64,000 nucleotides of DNA from Escherichia phage JEP6. The position numbers and the translations under genes were made by a program. Each line of letters opens with the position of its first letter. Position 1 is the first letter of the stretch. Of this stretch, positions 44,435 through 54,039 are shown in pieces. The notes beneath the pieces are model-generated. The model searched no databases. It was given only the letters and a program-made list of their open reading frames with translations, and was not told the origin of the DNA. The stretch lies in sequence record MT764206.1, one strand, 5' to 3'.

Positions 44435-45233
44435 TATACACCTCGTAGAACTTTTCATCAGGAATCCAGCCGCGTTTAAATTCATTAAATGCTCGGCCGA
44501 ATAATTTTGAATTCACAGTTATATTATTAACTGATTTCCATTTAGCAACTCCCGTTCGTTTATAATGATCGGGGTCATATTTCGTGACGTACCATTCATA
44601 TAAATTTGGTATTAATTTTACAGCCTCTGGATTTGTCGCTGATTTATTATACCATGGTTTCGCTTTTTCAAGTTCAGCTGCTTTTGCAGTAGCAGCAACA
44701 GTATTTCCAATACCAACTAATTTTTCAGCTTTAATGCGTGGATCATTAACATGAAGACGAAAAACTTCGCCTTTTTCATTTTTAAAGCATGTCATGCCTT
44801 TAATTCCAGGAAGCTTAACACCTTTATTAACACCGCACCATTCCTTTGGGTTAAATGATCCTTTAATTAATAAGGCGCATTTACCCGATTTAATACTTCT
44901 CATTAAAACTTTATCTTTCATAAAGTTTTTTGACCATTCAGATACTGCTCTTTGATGGTAAATTCTAGCAATTTCATATAATTTACTAGAACGTAAATAT
45001 TTTTCAGTGTTTAACATTCTATTCATCGCATATGCCATTTCACGATTACGATGAATTTTATATAGTAGAAAATGTGCTAAAAAGTGTTCACGAAAAGTCA
45101 GTTTCACCAAATTTTCTTTATCATCAGAACCTCCCATTGATCTTGGAAGGATATGGTGAATTTCACCCTTAAATTTAGAAACGCGGGTTTTACCCCGCAC
45201 TATTAAGTCATTATAGATTTTTTCGTAATTCAC
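44415..45233 (-). CDS. mobA: HNH homing endonuclease, Mob family
   Basis: 272 aa; HHILPRSMGGSDDKENLV motif shared with mobE; wedged between genes 39 and 60 with short overlaps. Confidence 0.75.
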   Translation of the reverse strand: MNYEKIYNDLIVRGKTRVSKFKGEIHHILPRSMGGSDDKENLVKLTFREHFLAHFLLYKIHRNREMAYAMNRMLNTEKYLRSSKLYEIARIYHQRAVSEWSKNFMKDKVLMRSIKSGKCALLIKGSFNPKEWCGVNKGVKLPGIKGMTCFKNEKGEVFRLHVNDPRIKAEKLVGIGNTVAATAKAAELEKAKPWYNKSATNPEAVKLIPNLYEWYVTKYDPDHYKRTGVAKWKSVNNITVNSKLFGRAFNEFKRGWIPDEKFYEVYNEICKN

Positions 45234-46761
45234 CTACTGTTATCCATTTACCATTAATCTGTACTTCATCATTTTCATTTACAATAATTGTATCACCATT
45301 TAGTTCGAGAGTAAACCACTCACCGTCTTCTTTTTCTTCAAACGCCTTTTCACCAAGAACTAATCCAGTGATTGCGCAAATATCAAACAGTTCTTTGTTT
45401 TTAAGCATGTCAGCATATGACATACCCCAGCTATTAAGAACTTTACCGCGCAATGGATAACCACCATGAAGTTCTTTATCGCGAACATCAATAAGATATC
45501 CGATAGCAGAATCACCCTCAGTCAAGAAAAGAGTAGTGTCAGCATCTTTACCGCAAAGATTCGCTTTAATATGTTTATGAACCTTAGCTTTAGAAGCCTT
45601 TTTAGCTGCTTTAGTTTCTGCTGCTTTTTCTGCCGCCAATTTACGAGCCAAAGCAGCTTCAATAATTGGCATTAAAATTGCTTCATTATTTAAAATAGCA
45701 CGTGAAATCTTTTTAGCATCAAGCTGAATATGACTACGGATTTCACCAAATGGAGAAGTCAAACGCTCTTTAGTTTGAGAATCAAATCGCATGTTTTTCA
45801 TATCACGAACAAACATAACGATAGTCAAACATTCTTTGACACGTGCTTTAGTTACATCAATTTTGAACTTACGTTTGATTTGTGGAATAAGGTCTTCACA
45901 AATATCATCCATAACACAGTCAATGTGATGACCACCATTCTTAGTATGAATGTTATTGACGTACGTTAATTGACGAAAACCATCCGGTGAACGACCAACC
46001 GCAATAGAACAGTTTTCTTGTTCTTGAACGATGGCGTGTTCATCATATTGGCGTGCATATTTCTTAAAATTACCCTGAACCTTTTTACCATTAAAGGTAA
46101 ATTGAATATCAGGATAAACTACTGCAAGTGTCTGGAGACGATCTAGTGTAATGTCAAGATAAACTTGGGACAGCTCATTAGTTTCAAATGACATAAAATC
46201 AGGAATGAAAGTAACACGAGTTCCTTTCCATTTTCCAGGAATAGTTTCCCATGATTTATTTTCCATGCCATTTGAACAACGAACTACAATATTATTTTGA
46301 CCATCACCAGTTTCACCGACAAACATCACAGAAAAAATGTTTGTCAAACTAGAACCAACACCATTCATACCGCCGGTGACGCGTTCTTTATCATCACCGA
46401 AGTTACCACCTGCTTTTGGAATAGTCCACGCAGCAACAGGACCAGGAATTTCTTCACCGGTAGGTGTTTTAACCATCGCTTGTGGAATACCACGACCGTT
46501 ATCTTCAACTGTTACCTGATTATTTTTAATGGTAACATTAATTTTATTTGCGAATTTAAACTTAGTACGAATACCTTCATCTACTGAGTTATCGATAATT
46601 TCATCAATAAGCTTAACAAGACCAGGTACATACTGAACACTTTCCCATTTACCAAACAGAAAGCGCTCATGCATTTCATTAGCAGAAGAGCCAATGTACA
46701 TGCCGCTACGCTTTTTGATATGTTCAATATCGCTCAGAATTTTAATTTCATTCTTAATCAT
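45211..46761 (-). CDS. 39: topoisomerase II large subunit gp39 (GyrB-like ATPase)
   Basis: 516 aa from second Met. Confidence 0.9.
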   Translation of the reverse strand: MIKNEIKILSDIEHIKKRSGMYIGSSANEMHERFLFGKWESVQYVPGLVKLIDEIIDNSVDEGIRTKFKFANKINVTIKNNQVTVEDNGRGIPQAMVKTPTGEEIPGPVAAWTIPKAGGNFGDDKERVTGGMNGVGSSLTNIFSVMFVGETGDGQNNIVVRCSNGMENKSWETIPGKWKGTRVTFIPDFMSFETNELSQVYLDITLDRLQTLAVVYPDIQFTFNGKKVQGNFKKYARQYDEHAIVQEQENCSIAVGRSPDGFRQLTYVNNIHTKNGGHHIDCVMDDICEDLIPQIKRKFKIDVTKARVKECLTIVMFVRDMKNMRFDSQTKERLTSPFGEIRSHIQLDAKKISRAILNNEAILMPIIEAALARKLAAEKAAETKAAKKASKAKVHKHIKANLCGKDADTTLFLTEGDSAIGYLIDVRDKELHGGYPLRGKVLNSWGMSYADMLKNKELFDICAITGLVLGEKAFEEKEDGEWFTLELNGDTIIVNENDEVQINGKWITVGELRKNL

Positions 46762-46830
46762 CACTTATCCTCGTTTGGTTTCGGGAATATTATACTCCGG
46801 TAATCATAAAGCTAAAGGCCCGAAGGCCTT

Positions 46831-47091
46831 TTATTTAAAACGAATAGTCGAATCCTTGAAGAATAGTCCAGAACATACTGTTCCTTCTACTTTCTGCCCA
46901 GTAGGTCCAACAGCACGAAATCCAGTGTGTTGGAAATCATTTTCAGAGCAACCGAACCAGTTATATCCAGTGATTTCAATATTAGTAAAACCACTTGAAG
47001 ACAAAACTTTGGTTGCATTATCAGCATCAGTACATCCTACTAAAGACACTGCTAATACTAATGCTGCGATAGAACGATTAACATATTTCAT
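46831..47091 (-). CDS. putative lipoprotein
   Basis: Signal peptide with LVGC lipobox. Confidence 0.5.
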   Translation of the reverse strand: MKYVNRSIAALVLAVSLVGCTDADNATKVLSSSGFTNIEITGYNWFGCSENDFQHTGFRAVGPTGQKVEGTVCSGLFFKDSTIRFK

Positions 47092-47093
47092 AA

Positions 47094-47270
47094 TTACCCT
47101 TTAAGTAGGTCGTAAAATCCACCGTTCACATGCTTAGGAGCGGAAACTAACCGAATAGCAATCCGATGACAATCAGGACATACATCAGTATCTCTTTCAG
47201 AAATTTTCTTGATTTTTTCGTATTCTTTTGCACAGTCTTTGGATTGACATTTATAATCATAAAGCGGCAT
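47094..47270 (-). CDS. small zinc-ribbon protein
   Basis: 58-aa ORF by manual translation; two CxxC pairs. Confidence 0.4.
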   Translation of the reverse strand: MPLYDYKCQSKDCAKEYEKIKKISERDTDVCPDCHRIAIRLVSAPKHVNGGFYDLLKG

Positions 47271-47272
47271 AA

Positions 47273-47686
47273 TTATTCCTTAAAGTGAGCTTTCAACATC
47301 TGATACAAGGACCATGCTTGTTCATTATTTTCAATAGTAACTTTCATTACCGGGAATTCAGATGGTTCAGTTACTGGTGCAGGGTCTTCCTGCTCTTCAG
47401 CAGCCTGATATGGATTTTCCACTTCATTAAAGAACTCGGCTTCGTTGCTAGAAAGCCAGATAAAGTTTTCGTCAATGACTGTACCTCGTGATGAATATCC
47501 AACTATGCCAGTAGATGTCACAATTTTAGTAGGACGCCCGTAATAGTCAACATCTAAAATTTTAAAAGGTTCCATACCTAAACGCCGCGCATAGATTCCG
47601 TTATCAGTATGGTCTTTAATAAAATTTTCTTGAGCTTGTTTATTTTTGAATTGATACCATTTATTAACTTCAAATTTAATAGCCAT
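47273..47686 (-). CDS. hypothetical protein
   Basis: 137-aa ORF. Confidence 0.5.
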   Translation of the reverse strand: MAIKFEVNKWYQFKNKQAQENFIKDHTDNGIYARRLGMEPFKILDVDYYGRPTKIVTSTGIVGYSSRGTVIDENFIWLSSNEAEFFNEVENPYQAAEEQEDPAPVTEPSEFPVMKVTIENNEQAWSLYQMLKAHFKE

Positions 47687-47901
47687 TAATAAATTTCCTT
47701 CCAGTAAGTTGTGCCGTCTTCAGTAATTTCACGAAATACACCGTAAATTGGCTGTTTATCACCGACTTTCTCATACACATAAACAGAAGTCAAGTGAGTA
47801 AACTTGCTAGTATGTTCCTTTTGAACTACTACCAAATTTGGATCAAATAATACATCTTCAAATTCATCATTAGTGCAATTCTGAACAATTTTACGTTTCA
47901 T
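47686..47901 (-). CDS. hypothetical protein
   Basis: 71-aa ORF. Confidence 0.5.
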   Translation of the reverse strand: MKRKIVQNCTNDEFEDVLFDPNLVVVQKEHTSKFTHLTSVYVYEKVGDKQPIYGVFREITEDGTTYWKEIY

Positions 47902-48072
47902 TACAATTTCCTCATTAATTAAACATTGGAGCGATGCGTTTCAGAAGAGTATCAGCACCTTTGGCGAATTTCCATTTTATTCTTCAAGTTGTTTTCTGTA
48001 TCAGTAGTTGATATTGATATAGTACCATAATCAACTACTGATGTATATAGTTTTATGAAAAAATTTTAAACT

Positions 48073-48570
48073 TTATGCACAGCGAGCTTTGCTATAGTGT
48101 TTAATCCAACTTTCAGGAATGACTTTGTATGTTCCTAAAAATACCGTGTTGTACAGCTTAACACCATCTTCTACCCACTGATCGGTAATGTATGCGCACA
48201 TAGCACGAGTACGGCGTTTTTGAACAACCCCTTCCTCATCTTCAGTAAATTCGAATTCATAAGGAGCAATGAACTTAATAGCTTGACCGAGTTTCCACTT
48301 AAAGTCTACACCTACATGCGAAGTATCAATCGTTTCAATTCCTTTAGCGGGAACAGCTTTCAAAAACGCAGATTCAAGAAATTTCGCGCGAACATAACCA
48401 AACTGAGGTTTAGACTTTCCATCTTTAGGAATGATACGCACTTTTACTTCAGAATCTTCATCTTTAACGCCGCGTTTAAGCTGAATGCTTACAATTTCGA
48501 CCAATTTTCCTGCTGCTTTAGAGCGGGATTTATCAGATACACGAGCAATTTCACCAATATTAATAATCAT
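48073..48570 (-). CDS. hypothetical protein (paralogue A)
   Basis: 165 aa; C-terminal ITDQWVEDGVKLYNTVFLG motif shared with next ORF. Confidence 0.5.
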   Translation of the reverse strand: MIINIGEIARVSDKSRSKAAGKLVEIVSIQLKRGVKDEDSEVKVRIIPKDGKSKPQFGYVRAKFLESAFLKAVPAKGIETIDTSHVGVDFKWKLGQAIKFIAPYEFEFTEDEEGVVQKRRTRAMCAYITDQWVEDGVKLYNTVFLGTYKVIPESWIKHYSKARCA

Positions 48571-48611
48571 AGTTATCTCTCACTTGTTAAAAAGATTTTA
48601 TACTCCACAGG

Positions 48612-48645
48612 ACCATTATACTCTGGTCCCAAGAGTTTGTAAACT
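48612..48645 (-). promoter_or_regulatory. early promoter
   Basis: GTTTACA ... TATAATGG. Confidence 0.45.
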
Positions 48646-48646
48646 A

Positions 48647-49192
48647 TTAATTCAAAATAGCTACCACCGCACTACGAGGTACTACACTAAAATCTCCTGC
48701 ATGGACAACGTTCAGAAGCTCAACACCATCTTCAATCCACTGGTCTGTTACCCAACCACAGATAGGATTATCAAAAGGACGACGGATAGACACAGCAGCA
48801 CACAACAGGTCTGTAGGGTCTTGTTCTTCAACTTCTTGGAACAGGATGAACTCATCTTCATAAACCAGGTTTTTCTTTATTTTGTTATTATCTAACCGGC
48901 GACCGTGGATGACGTAAGATTTGTCAAACCACTCACTTTTGGCAAATTCTTCAACAATAAATTCGCCTTCGCCAAAAACATCAGTCAGAGTTTTATGACC
49001 AGAAATCAAGGCATTAGTTTTAATTTTAGGTTCAACCAGTTTGTAGGTTTTGCCGATTTCAATAGCGGTAGTCATAGTAGGTTCCTTAATTTCCAGTGGT
49101 TTAACAGGGCATACATAAGTGCTTACAACATCAAAATCAATCAGTTTAGCTACCGGATTCGGTGTATATTCAGGATTATAATTAAATTTCAT
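48647..49192 (-). CDS. hypothetical protein (paralogue B)
   Basis: 181 aa; C-terminal VTDQWIEDGVELLNVVHAG motif; alternative start at 49075 with AAGGAA Shine-Dalgarno. Confidence 0.5.
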   Translation of the reverse strand: MKFNYNPEYTPNPVAKLIDFDVVSTYVCPVKPLEIKEPTMTTAIEIGKTYKLVEPKIKTNALISGHKTLTDVFGEGEFIVEEFAKSEWFDKSYVIHGRRLDNNKIKKNLVYEDEFILFQEVEEQDPTDLLCAAVSIRRPFDNPICGWVTDQWIEDGVELLNVVHAGDFSVVPRSAVVAILN

Positions 49193-49194
49193 AA

Positions 49195-49695
49195 TTATCT
49201 CATTTCAATAAAATCTACGAGTTCAACATGCGATTTGCGGAACATTACTTGGTGCCCACCAATGATAACTTCATCTTCAGGAACTTCGTATACAGCGAGA
49301 TAAAATCCTTTAGAAGATAATTCTTCCCGCTCTTCTCGTGTGAACCATCTCATCATATCATATTCACTAGCGAAAGCAAAATGATAAAGACCTATAAACC
49401 ACCCTGGAATATGATATTCTACTCCAACATAATCTTTCTTGAACTTAGTATTAATTACTATATTAGCGTTTTTAACTAATAGTTTATCTTCGTGTGGTAA
49501 AGGAATTCTTTTATTATTATCGCTATGATGCATAAAATTAGGTCTGTCATAACCTACGTGTAATAGCCACTCTTCGCTCCATGAATCTATTATACTCCTG
49601 TATGGCGTTATTTGAACACAAAGATTTCGACGTATTGTTATAGCATCTTCACAATTAAGAATACTAAAAGATGATTCAACACGATAAATTTTCAT
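49195..49695 (-). CDS. hypothetical protein (possibly MotB-like by position)
   Basis: ORF track 49195..49734; start moved to MKIYRVE (GAGGA upstream) because an early promoter lies at 49718..49753. Confidence 0.4.
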   Translation of the reverse strand: MKIYRVESSFSILNCEDAITIRRNLCVQITPYRSIIDSWSEEWLLHVGYDRPNFMHHSDNNKRIPLPHEDKLLVKNANIVINTKFKKDYVGVEYHIPGWFIGLYHFAFASEYDMMRWFTREEREELSSKGFYLAVYEVPEDEVIIGGHQVMFRKSHVELVDFIEMR

Positions 49696-49717
49696 TTTAT
49701 TATCCTCAGTAGCTATG

Positions 49718-49753
49718 ATGTTATAATACCACAACTAACCGAGGAAGTAAACA
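49718..49753 (-). promoter_or_regulatory. early promoter
   Basis: GTTTAC ... TGGTATTATAAC. Confidence 0.5.
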
Positions 49754-49758
49754 ATTTT

Positions 49759-50442
49759 TTATCGTTTTGTTGGAAGAGACAGAGGATCGCACTCTTCCTC
49801 TGATGGAGCATCTTCAAGACCCATAGCGTATCGCAAAGCATACTTCATCATCAGGATGTCTTTCGCACAGTCATGAATAGAATTATGCGCAACGAATCCA
49901 TCTAAAGTTCCCTTTGGAAGAGGACATGTGGTCATATCACGAACAAGCAGAAGTGCTTCAATTCTGGTACGAATATCACGCTGATTCCAAAATTTACACG
50001 GTTCTAACTTAAATGTATCAAGCTCATTCTCGGAAACGCCGTTAAGACGTTGAATATCACGAATGAGATCGACTAAAATTGGAAAATCAAACGACATTCC
50101 ACGGCACCAGCCTTGAGATTTCCAAGGATCGATATTATGTGCATTGATGTAATCATTAAATTTTGCAATACCATCGATAGTGCTTACATCTTCATCTGAT
50201 GGTGCAATATTTTTTCTAGCTTCAGGTGATTGATTTTTCCACCATTCGATAGTACTTTTAGTAAAAAGACGATGTCCTTTTTGGCTTTTTAAATCGAACT
50301 TGATTTTAATGCCGCGCGAAACTAATTCATCAAATGTTTCAACTACTTCTGGATTAGGGTCAAAGGCAATAACAGCCAAATCAATAACAGCTGCCTTTTC
50401 ACCGCTTCCCATTGTTTCAAAATCTATAATAAAATCAAACAT
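49759..50442 (-). CDS. dexA: exonuclease A (DnaQ-like 3'-5' exonuclease)
   Basis: 227 aa. Confidence 0.85.
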   Translation of the reverse strand: MFDFIIDFETMGSGEKAAVIDLAVIAFDPNPEVVETFDELVSRGIKIKFDLKSQKGHRLFTKSTIEWWKNQSPEARKNIAPSDEDVSTIDGIAKFNDYINAHNIDPWKSQGWCRGMSFDFPILVDLIRDIQRLNGVSENELDTFKLEPCKFWNQRDIRTRIEALLLVRDMTTCPLPKGTLDGFVAHNSIHDCAKDILMMKYALRYAMGLEDAPSEEECDPLSLPTKR

Positions 50443-50684
50443 TAAATTTTCCTCGCTAAATCGCGAATTTGACCTACAGTATAATCTTGGATATAAACTT
50501 TATTAATGGGCTCATCAATAAATTTTGCTATAGATTCAATATCTTTTTGTATCTCTTCAAGACTGTATACTATCTTTGAAGCTTTTTCGCGAATAGTAAT
50601 ATTTTCAGGACCTGGATTTTCTTCAATGACATCTTTAACATTTGTTATAAGAGATTTAAACTGCCACCAACTTAATTCAATCAT
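50442..50684 (-). CDS. hypothetical protein
   Basis: 80-aa ORF. Confidence 0.5.
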   Translation of the reverse strand: MIELSWWQFKSLITNVKDVIEENPGPENITIREKASKIVYSLEEIQKDIESIAKFIDEPINKVYIQDYTVGQIRDLARKI

Positions 50685-50937
50685 TAATAACCGCCTTATA
50701 AAGATAGCTAATTTCGCCTAAAACATAATCATTAATTGTAACAGTTTTCACTTCACCGCAAAAGAATTCTAACGCAATTAAATCTCGTTCAATTTCTTCC
50801 AATTGAAGCATCAACTTACTAGATTCAATTTTTACAGTTTTACGATTTTTGCTATAAGCTATTTCATAAATTTCGCTTACTTTATCTTGAAGAAGATAAA
50901 ACTGATCTTTAGTTATTTCCACGAATAGCTTCCTCAA
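50677..50937 (-). CDS. hypothetical protein
   Basis: 86-aa ORF. Confidence 0.5.
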   Translation of the reverse strand: MRKLFVEITKDQFYLLQDKVSEIYEIAYSKNRKTVKIESSKLMLQLEEIERDLIALEFFCGEVKTVTINDYVLGEISYLYKAVIND

Positions 50938-50943
50938 ATTTAA

Positions 50944-52263
50944 TCATACATAAAATACATCATAACGACCACGGGTAACACCAACATAAAGAAGTTGTTG
51001 GGCCAATTCAGCATCTGCATAATGAATGCAAGGCGTATAAATGAAAGCACGGTCTACAGACATACCCTGAGCTTTATGGAATGTTGATGCAGGAAGTGCT
51101 TTCACTTTACTAAACTGTGATTTAGCATCCCAAAAATCACTCCACGGGGCTTTTCCGCCTTTATTCCAATTTTTATAAGTTTCTGCCGTTTTACCTAAAA
51201 ATAGGTTAAACTTATACAGCTCTTCATCAGATGAAATTATTTTAATCTTTTCACGATAATATTCATCATCGCCGTAAGTTTCTACTGTTAAATCCCAATG
51301 ACGAATTAGATATTCTCCAGAAACACCACGAGCTTTAACAAACGTTGATGTATACTCTGCTTCTATAATACGAACTAATTGTCCGTTATTAAAAATAATT
51401 TCTGACACAGGCTTTCCATCAATTTTATATGTTTTAATTAATGGTTCCTGCATTACAATAATTTCACCGACAATAAAATCTTTATCAGTTTCAAAAATCT
51501 TTTTACGAATAATGCTATTTAACTTATCAACAGATTTATTCGTAAATGCCATTACACGATTTTCAAACAAATCATCTAGAGATTTGACGATTGAAAAATA
51601 ATTTACCATAAAATCGCGTAAAGCGGTATCACCTGTAAATCCACGTACTCCATGCCCGTCAACAACTTTATCATAAATCCACTTACCGTTACGAACGTCA
51701 GTAGCTACATCAATAATAGGAGCATTACTGCGTTTAACTTCAGTGAGTTCACACTGATAAAAATCTTTGTGTGTAAAGAATGGACTGATATAAGCAGTGT
51801 TTTCTCCTGGGTCAACAGGTCTAATTTGCTTATTATCCCCTATTCCAATTATAGTACACCAAGGTGGAATAGTTGAAAGCAGAATTTTAAATAGCTTTCT
51901 ATCATACATTGACACTTCATCGCAGATTAATACCCTGCATTTAGCTAAATCTGGTACTTCCTTCTGCTCAAAGAGGACATTTTCTTCATATGTTACTGGG
52001 TTAATTTTAAGAATACTATGAATAGTACTCGCTTCTTTCCCTGATAGTTTTGAAAGAATCTTTTTAGCTGCATGTGTAGGAGCTGCTAAAATAATACCAG
52101 TTTCACCCGTAGATATTAAGGCTTCAATGATGAACTTAGTAAGAGTAGTCTTACCAGTACCAGCAGGTCCATTAATAGTTACATGATGTTTCTTTTCTTT
52201 GATAGCCCTCATAACAATGTTAAAGGCATTTTTCTGGCCTTCGGTCAAATCATCAAATGTCAT
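50944..52263 (-). CDS. dda: Dda SF1B DNA helicase
   Basis: 439 aa; Walker A GPAGTGKT. Confidence 0.9.
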   Translation of the reverse strand: MTFDDLTEGQKNAFNIVMRAIKEKKHHVTINGPAGTGKTTLTKFIIEALISTGETGIILAAPTHAAKKILSKLSGKEASTIHSILKINPVTYEENVLFEQKEVPDLAKCRVLICDEVSMYDRKLFKILLSTIPPWCTIIGIGDNKQIRPVDPGENTAYISPFFTHKDFYQCELTEVKRSNAPIIDVATDVRNGKWIYDKVVDGHGVRGFTGDTALRDFMVNYFSIVKSLDDLFENRVMAFTNKSVDKLNSIIRKKIFETDKDFIVGEIIVMQEPLIKTYKIDGKPVSEIIFNNGQLVRIIEAEYTSTFVKARGVSGEYLIRHWDLTVETYGDDEYYREKIKIISSDEELYKFNLFLGKTAETYKNWNKGGKAPWSDFWDAKSQFSKVKALPASTFHKAQGMSVDRAFIYTPCIHYADAELAQQLLYVGVTRGRYDVFYV

Positions 52264-52571
52264 CGTAAATTCCCTGCAATTGGTATACTAACAATACGCC
52301 CAGTATCTAAAATTCGCCGATATAATCTTTGTGTGTCTACATCAGGCTTAACACGTTTAACTTCTATTTTATTAAACCAAAACTTGCGTGGAGTCTCAAC
52401 TAGTCTTGGAATTCCCATACCTAAAGCTAGTCGATACTGCTCTTTAAGAGTGGTAAATACTTTATCAGCAATATTCCATTCAAAAAATACAGCAGGACGA
52501 TGTTCATCAAGAGGAACTGGCGCCGTAAATCCGTCTTTGTCTCGGTAAACTATCGCATATACATAAACCAT
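52260..52571 (-). CDS. hypothetical protein
   Basis: 103-aa ORF. Confidence 0.5.
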   Translation of the reverse strand: MVYVYAIVYRDKDGFTAPVPLDEHRPAVFFEWNIADKVFTTLKEQYRLALGMGIPRLVETPRKFWFNKIEVKRVKPDVDTQRLYRRILDTGRIVSIPIAGNLR

Positions 52572-52572
52572 A

Positions 52573-53319
52573 TTATCCTCGGATAAGTTTAAAAATTGAA
52601 CAATTCAGCGGATATCCTCTTTTCAGTTTAAGTTTATCAATAAATGACAAGTTTTGATACCGCTCTACACCTTGAATAATTTTATCACACATATCATATT
52701 GCATTTCTGCTTCTGACAACTTTTTCACAGTTTTCCAATCCGAGCCTTTAAGAAGAACGTTCAGTTTAACAACTTCAGCGCCTTCTGCTATGCGAGAACC
52801 ATCAATACGAGCTTTAAGTGCTATAATCGTTAGCTTAACGTCAGAAGTTTGTTTTGATTTAGAAAGCTGAGAAATGTGTTCAATTCGGTTTTCACGTTTT
52901 TTCTGTATAGCTTTAATTTGATTATAAGTCTTTTTGATTTTAGCCCATTTCTTTTCATCTAAATTTAGTTTATGAATTTTTTTCGCAGATGAACGACCAA
53001 TTCGCAAAGCAAATAAATCACGCTTTTCAATCAACTCTTCTAAAGTATAATCAGAACGAAATGTATTGTACTTTTTCTTTACTGCAATAACATTCCCTTT
53101 AATGTATCCAACGTTATTATCAAAACGTTCTAATGATAATTTCTCTCCTTCAATACGATTATCAAAAGGTTCTCCCGAGTAAGCACAAACTTTCTGATCT
53201 AAAATGTTCTTAATGTAATTGAAGTCTAAGTTAAAATCTTTAGAACGTCTTTTAGCAGATGCCTGAGTATGCTCTAGACGACGTGTAATTTTACGAATTT
53301 GATTTTTAGACAGTTTCAT
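52573..53319 (-). CDS. srd: Srd-like protein (putative sigma decoy)
   Basis: 248 aa; position between dda and modA. Confidence 0.55.
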   Translation of the reverse strand: MKLSKNQIRKITRRLEHTQASAKRRSKDFNLDFNYIKNILDQKVCAYSGEPFDNRIEGEKLSLERFDNNVGYIKGNVIAVKKKYNTFRSDYTLEELIEKRDLFALRIGRSSAKKIHKLNLDEKKWAKIKKTYNQIKAIQKKRENRIEHISQLSKSKQTSDVKLTIIALKARIDGSRIAEGAEVVKLNVLLKGSDWKTVKKLSEAEMQYDMCDKIIQGVERYQNLSFIDKLKLKRGYPLNCSIFKLIRG

Positions 53320-53343
53320 ATTTTTCTCACGGACGGGTTAACT

Positions 53344-53380
53344 ACTTATACTATAACATTTTTACTTCAGTTTGTAAACA
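53344..53380 (-). promoter_or_regulatory. early promoter for srd
   Basis: GTTTACAAA ... TTATAGTATAAG. Confidence 0.5.
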
Positions 53381-53436
53381 ACTTTATGTAAAAATGCTTT
53401 AAAAATTTCATGGTATAATGAATCTAAGTCCTTCCA

Positions 53437-54039
53437 TTATAGATTAAATCCTTCAAAATCAAGAGTATAGATAGTGTATGTTGAATACTTTTTATACTCG
53501 TATCTATCCGCAATTCTAAATACACTTCCAGCTGGTATCATTACTTCTTGTTCATCTGAAACTAATTCCATATTACGATAACGATGGCTATCCGGAAACT
53601 TAAAGTTTGGATTGTATTCTTTACAGCGTAGAGCTTTTATAGCATACTCCTGGAAATTGAATACCATAGGAGCTTTGAATTCAAAAATAACTTGTGTATT
53701 GTATTCTAATCCAGAAGCAAAATGTAGAGCTATATTTTTATCATATGAAGCTGATACTACTTTATCAAATGTAATAATATCAATTCCTTGATTTAACGCC
53801 TGCTTAGTCTCAACTGGAACACCTCTCCAAAGAGGTTTATCGTTTGGAACCAAACGAGATTTGACTATTTCATTTAACCAAGAATGATCGTCTGGTTTAT
53901 TAGTAATACAATGAATTAAAAGTTCAATTTCAGATAAATTAAACCCTTCAGAAAGCAATTCTTCACGAATAGAAGCACGCACCGATGCATCCATTGATTT
54001 TATTTTAAAATCTTTTAGTTGCATTACTGAGTATTTCAT
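53437..54039 (-). CDS. modA: ADP-ribosyltransferase ModA
   Basis: 200 aa; shares EQE(V/W)MIP motif with adjacent paralogue. Confidence 0.75.
   Translation of the reverse strand: MKYSVMQLKDFKIKSMDASVRASIREELLSEGFNLSEIELLIHCITNKPDDHSWLNEIVKSRLVPNDKPLWRGVPVETKQALNQGIDIITFDKVVSASYDKNIALHFASGLEYNTQVIFEFKAPMVFNFQEYAIKALRCKEYNPNFKFPDSHRYRNMELVSDEQEVMIPAGSVFRIADRYEYKKYSTYTIYTLDFEGFNL

Noticed and set aside
46811-46835. Hairpin AGGCCCGAAGGCCT between gene 39 and upstream lipoprotein gene as a terminator
   Set aside because: On the transcribed (minus) strand it is not followed by a clean T-run; more likely an intercistronic stability element
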